Source: Tubiluchus corallicola (lineage: Eukaryota > Animalia > Priapulida). From it: DNA of 64,000 nucleotides. The translations under genes and the position numbers were made by a program. Within the stretch, counting starts at the first letter, position 1. The number at the start of each line of letters is the position of its first letter. A model generated the notes under the pieces. That model worked only from the letters and a program-made list of their open reading frames with translations. It had not been told where the DNA came from and ran no database searches. Location: NCBI GenBank assembly GCA_030141605.1, contig JAQGDQ010000085.1, positions 372,001 through 436,000 of the forward strand. The letters are read 5' to 3'. Positions 38,737 through 48,283 of this stretch are shown here, in pieces.

Positions 38737-41700
38737 AAGATTGCATGTACATTGAGAGCGATGTATGTTCAACTGTTCGTAGTTTATTTCTATTGTCTTG
38801 GATTTCTCGTTGCCTTTATAGTTTAGCTTGTACCTGATGCGTTTCAGTGTCTATCTGTAATTCTTGACTTATGATAGTTGGTGTTTTATAAAAACATAAT
38901 AAAGAATATATACCATACTATGCTATACTACTCTACATTTCCATGTTTTTCGTGTTCGTTTATATGCTGTAACGACTTGTGCCGAGCGAGTGTTTATGAG
39001 AATGTGTTCGAGGTGGACGGGGCTAAATGCCGCTTGCGATCTGTGTATTGCCTATTGAGGGTCTCTTGTTTGTTACCATACTAGCCCGGTGCAATGCTAT
39101 TAAAACCTTAGAGTCAAAGAACACCGTTTAAGTGTTCTAACTGTTTACATTGTGTTTTAAACAAATATTGCCGCATGACCCGGTTGTTACCGCATCGTTT
39201 AATAGAGGCGCATGCCTGGAATCTTCAAAGATGGCCAAATGGTTGGCTTTGATGTCTGTTTCCTCCACGCAAGAGTTAACTCAGATGAAAGGGAAAGCAG
39301 GTTGCTTATCGTAATGACTTTTGATTTAGGAATTTTTGCCCAGGGATTGGTTATATAAGAATTAGTCATGGGTCGACTTCTTGTTGCTAAGCAGTTTAAT
39401 AAAGTTTTTAATATCGCCCCTTATCTGCAGTTTAATTAGTGGAACTCGAAAAATATCGTGTAATTTTTGTGTTTCTTAAGAATTCTGATTTTGTTTAGGT
39501 ACCACATGTTCTAGGCAGTAAGCAAAATTCTTGTTTATACTAAATGCGTGAAATCAAAATTTGAAAAATTTATTGTCAATTAAAATGTATATAAGTGTAT
39601 CGTGTTATAGTGACAATAAATAAAAAAATATGTACACTTGTTCACAGTAAAAGTAGCTAAATGTCATGAATTTAAGAAAATTACACTTTGAACACTGTGA
39701 AGTCCGAAAACTTATTTGTCCAGTAAAATACAACAATGGTCAGTTTGGAATGCAGTAAAAGTACAAGCTATCAGTTAAACATAGTAATTTTCATAGATGC
39801 CCAATGTCGGTTATTCGTATGTAGTAAAAACAACAATGGGCATAATATTGACCCCTGTTCCCACGTGCCTGTATGTGTTTTTTACGTTTTTTCGTAGTTT
39901 GAAAATCCATGCACTCACTCTGTCTCATAGATTGTATCTCCTGTCGTGTAATAGATTTATGAGTAGCGGAAAATGTGCAGAAATCGTTTTTGCTTGTAAC
40001 AAATCCTTGCACTGATGATAGATCATCTGTGGGCAGCAAACTAGATGAGGCGGCTTCATGCCACATCGATCCACCTCAAGAGTTGAAGCCATGCAGCACA
40101 GTTCAGAATTAGCTGCTGTTGCTAGGCTGATTGCGCTGCTGGGTCATGTAAAAGCCTAGTTAAATTAAAGCTTTTTTGTTTAGCTTGTAATGGTAGCTAT
40201 CTTACACCTATACTTGTCAGCTGCTTGTTGAAAGACTGTTTCGTTCTGGTGAGTAACTGCTCATCTTTTACCAAATGTTTTTGCAGTGTTTGGTAAAATA
40301 CTAGTAACTGAATTCTTGTTGTATGTTTGTTCATTTGTTGACGTGTTTACAGGCTGTTTGTATCACTGGTGCAATTAAACTGAAATCTTAGAGTAAGAAG
40401 GAAGTCAAGTTTCCCATTGAATTAAAATTTCAGGACATTTTAGTCATTTCGTTTAACTTTGAACTCTTGGCGTTTTTTTCTATAAACTTATTTTAAGATT
40501 TCCTGTTTTCGATTCACTGGACGTATGCGGGATACTTGCACCGTTTTCTGTCTCTGTGAAAGCCGTGAAACAGAAATTTCCGCTTCCCCTCTGGTAATTT
40601 TCCAACTTCTAAAAGTTATCCTCTTACGTCTAAAGGTCATTCACATTTGACACGGACCGCTAGCCGTTGGTCAATTTATGGCTTATGCGCCGCCTCTGCT
40701 GTCAGCGATATTTGTTTGAGCTTAAAATATGTATAGTTTGCTAGTCTAATCATGATACTACCAGCATTATAAAATTTATTTTCTGATTAGTTCTGGACTG
40801 AGTAGCAAATGTGGACATGAGAAGTTTGGTTGTTAATTGTCTTCTATGATACAATGTATTTTCAGTGTAAAACTGTGTGCACTTGATATGCTTAAGACCT
40901 CTTCCAACATACTTTTGGGGTTCCCCTTTTTACAGCTGGGGGAAAACCTTTTTCTGTGTTGAAAGGCATATTTTAGGGGTTCCCCACTTGCAGTCGCACC
41001 TTATTTGGTTAAGATACCTTATGGGGAAAACCGTTTTCTGTGTTGAAAGGCATATTTTAGGGGTTCCCCACTTGCAGTCGCACCTTATTTGGTTAATATA
41101 CCTTATGGGGAAAACCGTTTTCTGTGCCGAGACAGTTTGAAGATTAGGGTTACCTGGTTTGCATATTTTGTCACTCTAGTTCGAAAATGTCCGAAGTACT
41201 ATATTGTACTAAACTATATTTGTGTATCCCGTGAAGATCTTTTCCAGATATCATTTAAACGAATTGTGTAGTATCTGCTTTTTTATTCTAAACTTGCTGA
41301 TTGACTTTCGTTCGTTTCACAAGTTCCAAAAAAAGTCAAAATTTTAATTAACACTTCTTGTACAAATTTTCTGTATTTTTTCTAGGTTCAGCAGCTGTTC
41401 ATTGATGCATTTGTGCATAACAACAGAGTAGATCATATAACTCAAATCATGGGCTATCACCCACATTATTTAGAAGCCTTCTTGAAAACACAGCAGATCA
41501 TGTTGCGTGGAGACGGGCCTCTGCCATATGATTATCGTCACTACATAGCACTAATGGTTAGTAATGGTCTCAATCCACCTTTAAAGAAACGTACTGCTTT
41601 AATTTTTGGCATGTAGCTGAATCCTACTGTATGATTCCGAGCAAATTTCTTTCCATAAAGTTCTTTAAGAGAAGCTTTTGAAAAGTTTTCGAGTGGAAGA

Positions 41701-44700
41701 GTTTTCTATTACTTTAGTTTACAAGTTTCTGGAAATTCTATTGTATGATTGTAACCAAATTTGTTCCGTAAAAGTTCTGTAGAAAAACTACAATTTGAAG
41801 TGTTAAATAAGAGTAATAAGACTAAAATGCTTATTTTTATATTTTATTGGGATTGTACATGGTTTTAGTGTTATTTCAGGCTGTGGGTCGTCACCAATGT
41901 TCTTACCTAATAAACTCACAAATGCAGGAGTTCGTTTTGTCGGGAGGGAATGAGGAGTGGCTACGGGGTTTGGACAGCGTTCCAAAGAAGTTGCAAGACT
42001 TGTATGACATCAACAAGATTCTGGCACATCGGCCGTGGTTGCTAACTAAATCCCATATAGAGGTCAGTGCATGCGCTTCAGCCAACCGTTTCAGCACATT
42101 TTTTGTCGTAACTGCTTGCAAAAAGAGTGCATGTTTACCTGCAGTAAGAGTTTTGGCTAAATGGTGTTGTCATAGCCCCAAACTGCTTTGATATTTGACA
42201 TAGTATTTGTGTTTTTAATGGTTTCAGCTCTGTAGCACACCCCGCTGAGAGCATTGAAACTAGAGCGCTTTTATACAGCGTGGCATTTCTAATTTAACTT
42301 AGTTCGGTTCTTAACTTCCAAATATTAGGATTATTAAAGTATTGCCACGATCAGTAAGGATTCATCCTTATTCTCAGGTCACCCTTGGATTTGAACTTAA
42401 TGGTTCAATAATGATCTAACAATTGTGGGCTCATTCCATAGTTTGATTTGCATGAATGTAAAAAACTGATATTCTGAAAATATATGGGAAATAAGTGTAA
42501 TGGTATGATCTTATTGAAAGTAAAATTTAACTATTTTTTCAATATGCAGTTAGAGTAATGAATTTTAAAATGACATTTAAAAATTGATACAATAATTTTG
42601 ATCACTGTCAACACATTTGTCCTAATTTCTAGTTTTTGCGCCAAATAACCCAGCTGGGTACATTATTTTTGCAGAAACTTACCAAAGGAACGGACAGTTG
42701 GTCAGTATCAGAACTCGTCCATGCTATTGTGCTTCTTGCACACTTCCATTCTTTGTCTTCATTTGTCCACGGATGTGGCATAAATCCAGAAGTGGACCAT
42801 GTCAATGGTCACACTTTCAGGCCGCCCTCTATATCAGAAGACGTCGACATTGCTAGCACTTCGCCCACGCCGTCTTCGGTGAGTATATTTGTAGAGCATC
42901 AACAAAGTGCCTTTATCTTGGACACCATGACTTTCACTTTCATTAATTTGCCACATTGAACTAAATGTCACTTTATCGAATGAAATGTCACTTTATTTAT
43001 TGCTGCTGTTTTATTACATATAGTCAATGGAAGGCGAGGTGGAAATTTTAATGGAGAAAATGAAGAAGCTGACGGAAGAGCAGGGAACCGCCACTCAAGA
43101 AGAAATGATCAAACGTTTTGAGAATGTTGAGCGACAAGTGCCAGAATGTACGTTTTCTAACAACTGCAACACTTGATGAAAAATTTGAATGTAGTTGCAC
43201 ACAACCCGTATCTGCAGAACTAGTTTTTATCATTTTATATCGTCTATCTAGGATTTTAATTTGAATGTTTGTTATTTGATTTATAGTAACGTCTCATGAC
43301 AATGTGCCTCCAACGCCGCAGGCCGATATGTTGAGATTTGTGGTTGACCCGCAATTTCAGTATCAAGACTTTGCCAAAAGAGGGGAAGCTGCTGACATCC
43401 CAACATTTAGAGTACAGGTAAGGAGGTGTCTTCGTATTCCACTAAATGCATCAAAGTTTAATAAATTTTTAGACAAAAGGGAAAGCACCACTTTAATGAA
43501 TAGTGCGATGCAACTCAATTTTTTTATAATCCTGGCTAGAACATTTTTACAAATTTATGTAACATCATCACAAGTGCAACACTTTGAGCGAAATAGATGA
43601 CAGTTTTGCTAACATTTATATTTAATGTTCGATGGTGTGTCTGCAACATTTTTAACGATAAATCGATTTAAGACAGTTTTATTTGTTAGCTTTTCACTAT
43701 AGTATAATGTGTGTGTGTGTGTGCACACGTGCGTGTGTGTGCGTTATGTTATGCTTTGCTGTATCTTATTGCCTGTTTCAGTAAGGGAAGTCTTTAATAG
43801 TTTTATTTTTTGTGTTGTTCCAGGACTATTCTTGGGAGGAACATGGTTATTCTTTGCTAAATCGTTTGTATCCCGATATGGGTGGTTATTTAGACGACAA
43901 GTTTGGAATTGCTTATGAGCTGACCTACTATACGTAAGCTAATCATTACGTTAGGTGTATCGTTAATTGTTGCCAAAATTTTAGTCACACTGCTTTTCTA
44001 TTGTTCATTTGAATTGTTTAGGGTTTTCATCGTGTTATATTCGTGAGAATTCGAGCTAGCATACCTAAATATTTAAGGACACTCTTTAGAAATTCTGGCG
44101 TTTCTTAATAATAACAACTATATGTTATATTAGTAATTGTTCAAAAAAGTTTTCTCTACTTCCAACTAAGATTTATTTATTTTTTACTTCAGTATGGGTG
44201 CCAAGCGCGACGTTGATACGACGACGTTACGGAGGACAATATGGAACTACATTCATTGCATGTTCGGGATACGTCATGATGACTATGACTACGGTGAGGT
44301 AAATCAGCTCCTAGAGAGGAGCCTCAAGTCCTACATCAAAACCGTAACTTGCTTCCCGGAGCGCACGACGAAAAAAGACTACGACAGCTTCTGGCGGGAC
44401 TTCAAACATTCTGAAAAGGCGAGGACACCGCTTTTTGTTCATTATGCACATATGTTTTGTAATTGTCTTTTTCTTGTGTAGTGCTTTAGTTTGAGATAAT
44501 CAGCATTGCTTTACTTGGCTGCCTGACAGCATTGAGCATTTATAAAATTTTGAATGAATGAGAGAAACATTAATATATTCATTTCTTGTTTCTTTGCTAA
44601 AAGTGAAAATCTGTGTTTCCTCTAACATTATTTTTTCTTCTACAGGTCCACGTGAATCTGATGATTATGGAGGCTAGAATGCAAGCAGAACTGTTATATG

Positions 44701-44732
44701 CCCTACGAGCTATTATGCGTTACATGACGTGA
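1161..44732 (+). CDS. SESN: Sestrin gene (leucine sensor / GATOR2-binding stress protein), 5'-incomplete, 10 coding exons visible for the long isoform
   Basis: Spliced exons give [41 protein letters not shown]...HQCSYL...LAHRPW...[18 protein letters not shown]...[32 protein letters not shown], colinear with vertebrate SESN1/2/3. All intron phases are consistent. Confidence 0.97.
2820..3422. mobile_element. Possible degraded TTAAAGG-terminated (T2/Kolobok-like) MITE
   Basis: ttaaaggaaaac... at the left and ...gtcttcctttag at the right, partial inverted similarity (gcaaacgc / gcgtttgc). Confidence 0.3.
4495..4535. repeat. (TA)n microsatellite
   Basis: Seen directly. Confidence 0.95.
7327..7492. 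repeat. Short interspersed palindromic repeat with TTAGGG-like core, copy 1
   Basis: Ends ggtaataaagt...actttattacc are inverted. tcacaattttagctaggaaaaggtcacaa is a near reverse complement of about 12291-12320. Confidence 0.7.
8010..9803. mobile_element. Non-autonomous foldback DNA transposon, Kolobok/T2-like
   Basis: TTAA on both sides (8006-8009, 9804-9807), termini AGGACAAGAAAAGGGG...CCCCTTTTCTTGTCCT, diverged inverted arms about 8010-8690 and 9150-9803, about 450-bp spacer, no transposase ORF. Confidence 0.85.
10245..10385. repeat. Degenerate (ATC/GTC/ATT)n trinucleotide tract
   Basis: Seen directly. Confidence 0.9.
11010..11413. mobile_element. MITE-like inverted repeat
   Basis: ggaagcacgcaaaaagac...caacaaagtga (11010-11143) pairs with tcactttgttg...gtctttttgcgtgcttcc (11295-11413). 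Confidence 0.75.
12200..12362. repeat. Same repeat family, copy 2, opposite orientation
   Basis: caggtaat...ctaaccctaacc...ttgtgacatttttcctagctaaaattgt...actttattaccgg. Confidence 0.7.
13150..13360 (+). promoter_or_regulatory. Promoter-like module in sestrin intron
   Basis: GC box GGGCGG (13164-13169), CRE TGACGTCA (13181-13188), four CCAAT/ATTGG boxes (13250, 13311, 13341, 13353). Confidence 0.45.
14673..14702 (+). CDS. SESN: Sestrin 30-nt microexon ([10 protein letters not shown])
   Basis: Polypyrimidine tract plus ttgcag acceptor, CAG|gtaagt donor. Supplies exactly the 10 residues aligning to SESN1 ILQVGSEDAQ between the flanking exons. Confidence 0.8.
17860..18270 (+). mobile_element. 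Degraded 3' fragment of an L1/Tx1-like LINE ORF2
   Basis: Translates to VVFG...[16 protein letters not shown], typical of L1/Tx1 ORF2 C-termini; interrupted by a TA-rich tract. Confidence 0.6.
19348..19608. repeat. Compound (TTCTA)n/(TTCTG)n microsatellite flanked by a 15-bp direct repeat
   Basis: Seen directly; ctgttttgcttatga at 19333-19347 and 19612-19626. Confidence 0.95.
23280..23603. repeat. (CT)n-rich polypyrimidine tract
   Basis: Seen directly. Confidence 0.95.
26560..26700 (+). promoter_or_regulatory. Promoter/enhancer-like module in sestrin intron
   Basis: X-box-like GTTGCGATGGTAAC (26565-26578), C/EBP palindrome TTGCGCAA (26601-26608), CCAAT (26647-26651), CpG-enriched. Confidence 0.4.
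27543..28008. mobile_element. MITE-like inverted repeat
   Basis: About 155-bp diverged arms: tgtagtgc...ccaaacacttt...ttccagtccaa versus ttggactggaa...aaagtgtttgg...gcactaca. Confidence 0.75.
31561..31845. repeat. Compound (ATATT)n(ACATT)n microsatellite
   Basis: Seen directly. Confidence 0.95.
31975..32036 (+). mobile_element. tRNA-derived SINE head remnant
   Basis: A-box-like tggtcaagtgtgg and B-box-like gttcaaatcca; no complete cloverleaf. Confidence 0.35.
32181..32960 (-). mobile_element. Degraded 3' fragment of a CR1/L2-group LINE
   Basis: Minus strand gives PYFDYC...LLKVQKR...[14 protein letters not shown]...YSYQTR...PKCRTN...WNNL with frameshifts, ending in a TAAA-like tail near 32181-32210. 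Confidence 0.75.
36000..36130 (+). promoter_or_regulatory. Internal sestrin promoter candidate
   Basis: Locally CpG-rich. p53-type half-site GGACTTGCCT (36011-36020), NRF1/EWG-type palindrome CGCGCATGCGCG (36036-36047) and CARE/AARE TGATGCAAT (36065-36073), upstream of the 36472 exon. Confidence 0.6.
36230..36349 (+). other. uORF, 39 aa ([39 protein letters not shown]), in the presumed 5' leader of the alternative sestrin exon
   Basis: Strong start context gttATGG, stop TAA 122 nt before the main ATG. Transcript start not known. Confidence 0.5.
36472..36786 (+). CDS. SESN: Sestrin alternative first coding exon (105 aa, MTAVTTRMP...KPSRYIP...DFRESE)
   Basis: ATG-initiated open frame ending at GAG|gtatgt in phase 0, in frame with exon 41386. 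Contains PSRYIP, similar to sestrin PSRFIP. Promoter-like motifs lie about 400 bp upstream. Confidence 0.75.
38032..38170. repeat. Tandem duplication, about 68-bp unit x2
   Basis: gatgcaataatgtt...gagtgattctgttagctgctacatctgcgt at 38032 and 38100. Confidence 0.9.
38690..38740. repeat. (GT)n(GA)n microsatellite
   Basis: Seen directly. Confidence 0.95.
40939..41126. repeat. Minisatellite, 84-bp unit x about 2.2
   Basis: ggggaaaacc at 40939, 41023 and 41107; units nearly identical. Confidence 0.92.
41386..41556 (+). CDS. SESN: Sestrin exon (VQQLFIDAF...YRHYIALM)
   Basis: ttctag / ATG|gttagt, 171 nt, [13 protein letters not shown] motif. Confidence 0.96.
41880..42062 (+). CDS. SESN: Sestrin exon ([10 protein letters not shown]...KSHIE)
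   Basis: tttcag / GAG|gtcagt, 183 nt, catalytic Cys motif HQCSYL and KILAHRPW. Confidence 0.96.
42675..42878 (+). CDS. SESN: Sestrin exon (KLTKG...PTPSS)
   Basis: ttgcag / TCG|gtgagt, 204 nt, [17 protein letters not shown] motif. Confidence 0.96.
43024..43147 (+). CDS. SESN: Sestrin exon ([16 protein letters not shown]...)
   Basis: atatag / T|gtacgt, 124 nt, LMEKMKKL...QEEMIKRFE linker motif. Confidence 0.92.
43287..43417 (+). CDS. SESN: Sestrin exon (...[14 protein letters not shown]...PTFRVQ)
   Basis: ttatag / CAG|gtaagg, 131 nt, phase 1/0. Confidence 0.94.
43824..43933 (+). CDS. SESN: Sestrin exon ([11 protein letters not shown]...LTYY)
   Basis: ttccag / AC|gtaagc, 110 nt. Confidence 0.96.
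44193..44418 (+). CDS. SESN: Sestrin exon ([10 protein letters not shown]...FKHSEK), followed by a GC donor
   Basis: cttcag acceptor, AAG|gcgagg donor. Contains leucine-pocket residues and the DD GATOR2-contact motif. Confidence 0.95.
44646..44732 (+). CDS. SESN: Sestrin last coding exon (VHVNL...RYMT*)
   Basis: ctacag acceptor, TGA at 44730-44732, near-identical to the SESN C-terminus. Confidence 0.96.
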   Translation, partial: VHVNLMIMEARMQAELLYALRAIMRYMT

Positions 44733-47700
44733 TTCTGCCTATAGTGGTGTAGCTGACTGTGCGTTCTGATGTATTTGAAAAATTAGCAATTTGTCATCTG
44801 GGTGCTGCATTGTGGAATATCTGTGATAACGAACTCAAAACAAGACAGTTTTCTGAAGAAGTTACCATTTTTATTTAACTGAAAGATAATCGGTTGTGTG
44901 CTTGTGAGGAATTGCAAACATTCGTCATTCTCAGGTAGAAAAATATTGGCAGATCTACAGATTTCACTAAAAACTCTTTTGATACAAGTCGGAGTCTGAT
45001 GTGTTTTGTCTACATTATCAACTTTTTCTGGTTGACTTTTTCTGAGTAGCAGTACAAAGCAGGAGCTCGCTCTTCATTTTATAATACTTTGTGTTCAAAA
45101 CATATCAAAAAGTTGTAGCAGCAGTTACAGGGAAAGGTGTTTAGTTTGTATATAGATGGATACATGAACTTTCGCTAGCATGAGCTTGCAAAGTACTTTG
45201 ATTTGCTTTACCTAAATAATGGCCTGCGTAGAAGTCTGCTGTCAACTGTGTCTGAGATACTTGCAGATTACACACCCGGTTATGAAAATGTACATATTCT
45301 TATTTATCAGGGATAGTGATGTGTTAGAATTAGGCACCTTAGTATGTTGACGATGATGTTGTTTGATAGTTTCGGTTTTTATGCCTCTGACCGATATCAT
45401 ATCAAATTGTAACTGTAATATGGTTCTGGAACTACGTAAAGTGGATATACCTCCTCAGTACATTCTAGACATATATGAATCTTGGTGACCAAGCTACTTG
45501 ATTTTATAATTGCTTTTATGATTTGCCTAGACTTAAATCAAACAGACACAAAATTACTTGCTTCTCAAGTTAAATCTAGGTCCGAATAATTCTTGTTTGT
45601 TATAGCCTAAAGAAAATTTCGTACATAATTCTCTTTCTGCAACTACAGATATTGCAAAGCCTGTTGATGTGCATTTGAAAAACTGTGCATAGAGTGCAAT
45701 AATAATCGTATTGTGGGCAGGACGAAAGTTCAAAGAGCTATCGAGATTGTTGTTACACTTCAAAAAAATGTAAAATTCTGTTTTGATACCTTTAAATTAT
45801 ATTTACTACACTCAGAATAAACATTTTAAGCAAAGGCAGAGTAACTATTATTAGAGTGTGCATGCCGTGTGTGTATTCTTAATTCATTAGAATTTAATTA
45901 TCGCAATTTGTAAAATATTATTGTTCATGTATTTTGACACGATTGTGTAAAAATTCAATTTGCATTTGACATTAGATTGTTGTTGTCGAGCATCTGATTC
46001 AGTTCAGAGATTGAGCAATCGGTTCGACTGGTGACTCGATTGTAGTTGTTTGTAAATATGAAAGTTGATTTGTGTCAACTGTATCATATTGGGTTGTTTC
46101 TTTAGTATTTAAACTGAAGTGGTGTTTTTTCTAGAAGCATTAGTTCTATGAAAGAGAACCTATTTTTATGGTATAACTGAGTTTGACTGACAATCCGTGT
46201 GCAGTGTGTGGCGCCTTACCATTGTAATTGCTCACAGAAATTTCCTTACCTGACTGTATCTTTGAAGAATTTGTTGCTCATTTTAATGAATAGCCAAGTA
46301 AATAATTACTGCATACAATTTTATGACTAAAAACAAGCCGAGTGTTATTCCACAAACTAATCTTTGTGCTTCCAGTGATAATGGTCATTTTTATTTTTCT
46401 GCAAGTACTCAAAAACTACATTAGTATACTTGTAAATTTTATCGGTAATAATCTGGTTTTTAATTGATAGGCCAAATATAACGATTTATCATTATTGGTA
46501 GAAATTTGTACTTGCGCATATTATTTTGTATTTTGCGTAAGATTATAAATAAGCTGTTCTAGACCTAGAAATTCGTTCATAGAATGGCTCAGCAAAGCTC
46601 ATGTACAGGTCATAAAGGTATCTACGTATTCTGGAACTATAGATGGTAGATTTAAATTGTCACCGTATCATGGCAATAAGGTGTACATGTAGTTCTGACA
46701 AATGTAATAAAAATTGATGCAGCTTTTTTATTTTATTTCAAACGCAACCGGTAAGTTACTCTATGTTGTTGCACATGTACATACGTTAATGCCTAGTCTT
46801 CACCATGTACTTAAGTTAAAAATGCCTTCACTGTATTATTGTTGTTATTATTACAACCTTGCCAAATGTGTAGCTATTATAGTCGCGTAGATTAAATTAT
46901 GTAGACTTGTTTATACCGAAAAGTATTTCATACCAAATTCTTCTGGTTACCAAAACCAGTTTTTGTGGTTGTCAAAATCGTCATCGGGGTTTTCTATGTG
47001 ATTGGCGCTCCACACTTTAGGTGTGCATGCACATTCACGACTCATTTGTAATATATTGTTGTTTAGAAATGCGAGATTTATTAAAAAGATTTTAACGACA
47101 GTTTCCACTTGCTGGAATTTTCTTTTTAATGTTCTGGTGGATGATGAAAAAATCATCTATACCTGCTACATGTTCACATTGTGGACTGCATAGTTGAATC
47201 AAGTTTTGTACAGTATAAAATGCAAGTGGTTTACAAAAGCAGTCATTCAAGCTGTTCTGGTGGCAAACGACGAGTTTTTGAAAAAAATTGGCTACATATT
47301 CTTTCACTTGCATTCAGAAATATGTTTACCCCTCTAAGGTCGTAAAATATGTAATAGAGGACAGACACACCACGAATGCAGTTGTGACAATTATGGTGTT
47401 TCTGTCATAACACAGAAACAAACACGGAATAAACAAAACAAAAGTAAAAGCTGACAGAAAACTGCATAAGCAAATTTCCATAAAATAGCATTCTGTGTCT
47501 AATTCAAATGCAAGCTTAAATTTGGTAAATACTGAAGGACTGCTGCCTTTAATGCAGTCATCTATGTACCAAAAACCATTAAAAATTGCTTATAAATGCT
47601 ACCACCTGTTCCATTGTGCTTAACATTTGGCAAAGGTTAAATAATTCTCTACTACGTTTTTCCTTTTTATGTTTATGAAACATGTTTTATGTTTCTATTT

Positions 47701-48100
47701 ATATTGCAAAACTGACTGTATCTGCAACTTTGAAACATCAATAAAAACATTGAAAGATCAAAATTGTGTTTGCATAAACATTTGTATTACACATCCATAC
47801 TGCATACCAACAAATGAAAAAATAGCAATGAAAATCAGTACAATTACCACAATTTGTGTATAAAAACTAAATTTATACATGATTTAGTCAGTGAGTACAA
47901 AGTCTAGAGAATGTGTGCAATGCACATTTTAACAAGACATAAGACAAGTACAATATAACTAAACATTCTGTACAAATGGTTTGTGAAAATTCAACATGTT
48001 TTTTTGTCTCACATCTCACAGACAAGTCAAATTAAAATAGAAGAGAAAATGCTCATTCTGTTAACAATATTAAAGTTAATTCAATGATTCAGTTTACATC

Positions 48101-48283
48101 TCATTCTTTGTTGGTAACTAGTTCAAACCACTGCCGCAGAGCATCTCCGAGGGTGACTGGTAGCCTGTTCACGTCACGCAAGATGATGTAGAACGGAAAC
48201 GGAAAGTAGTCCATGTACGTACGAATCTCTGGTACCTCACCGGGTCCTTTAAAAACTGGCACCCGTATGTCTAGTATAGAATC
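48101..48283 (-). CDS. MDN1: Midasin last coding exon (DSILDIRVP...ELVTNKE*)
   Basis: ttctag acceptor, TGA at 48103-48101, 183 nt. Confidence 0.96.
   Translation of the reverse strand, partial: DSILDIRVPVFKGPGEVPEIRTYMDYFPFPFYIILRDVNRLPVTLGDALRQWFELVTNKE

Noticed and set aside
40939-41126. CRISPR-like repeat array
   Set aside because: Head-to-tail 84-bp duplication with no unique spacers, in a eukaryotic intron with no cas genes
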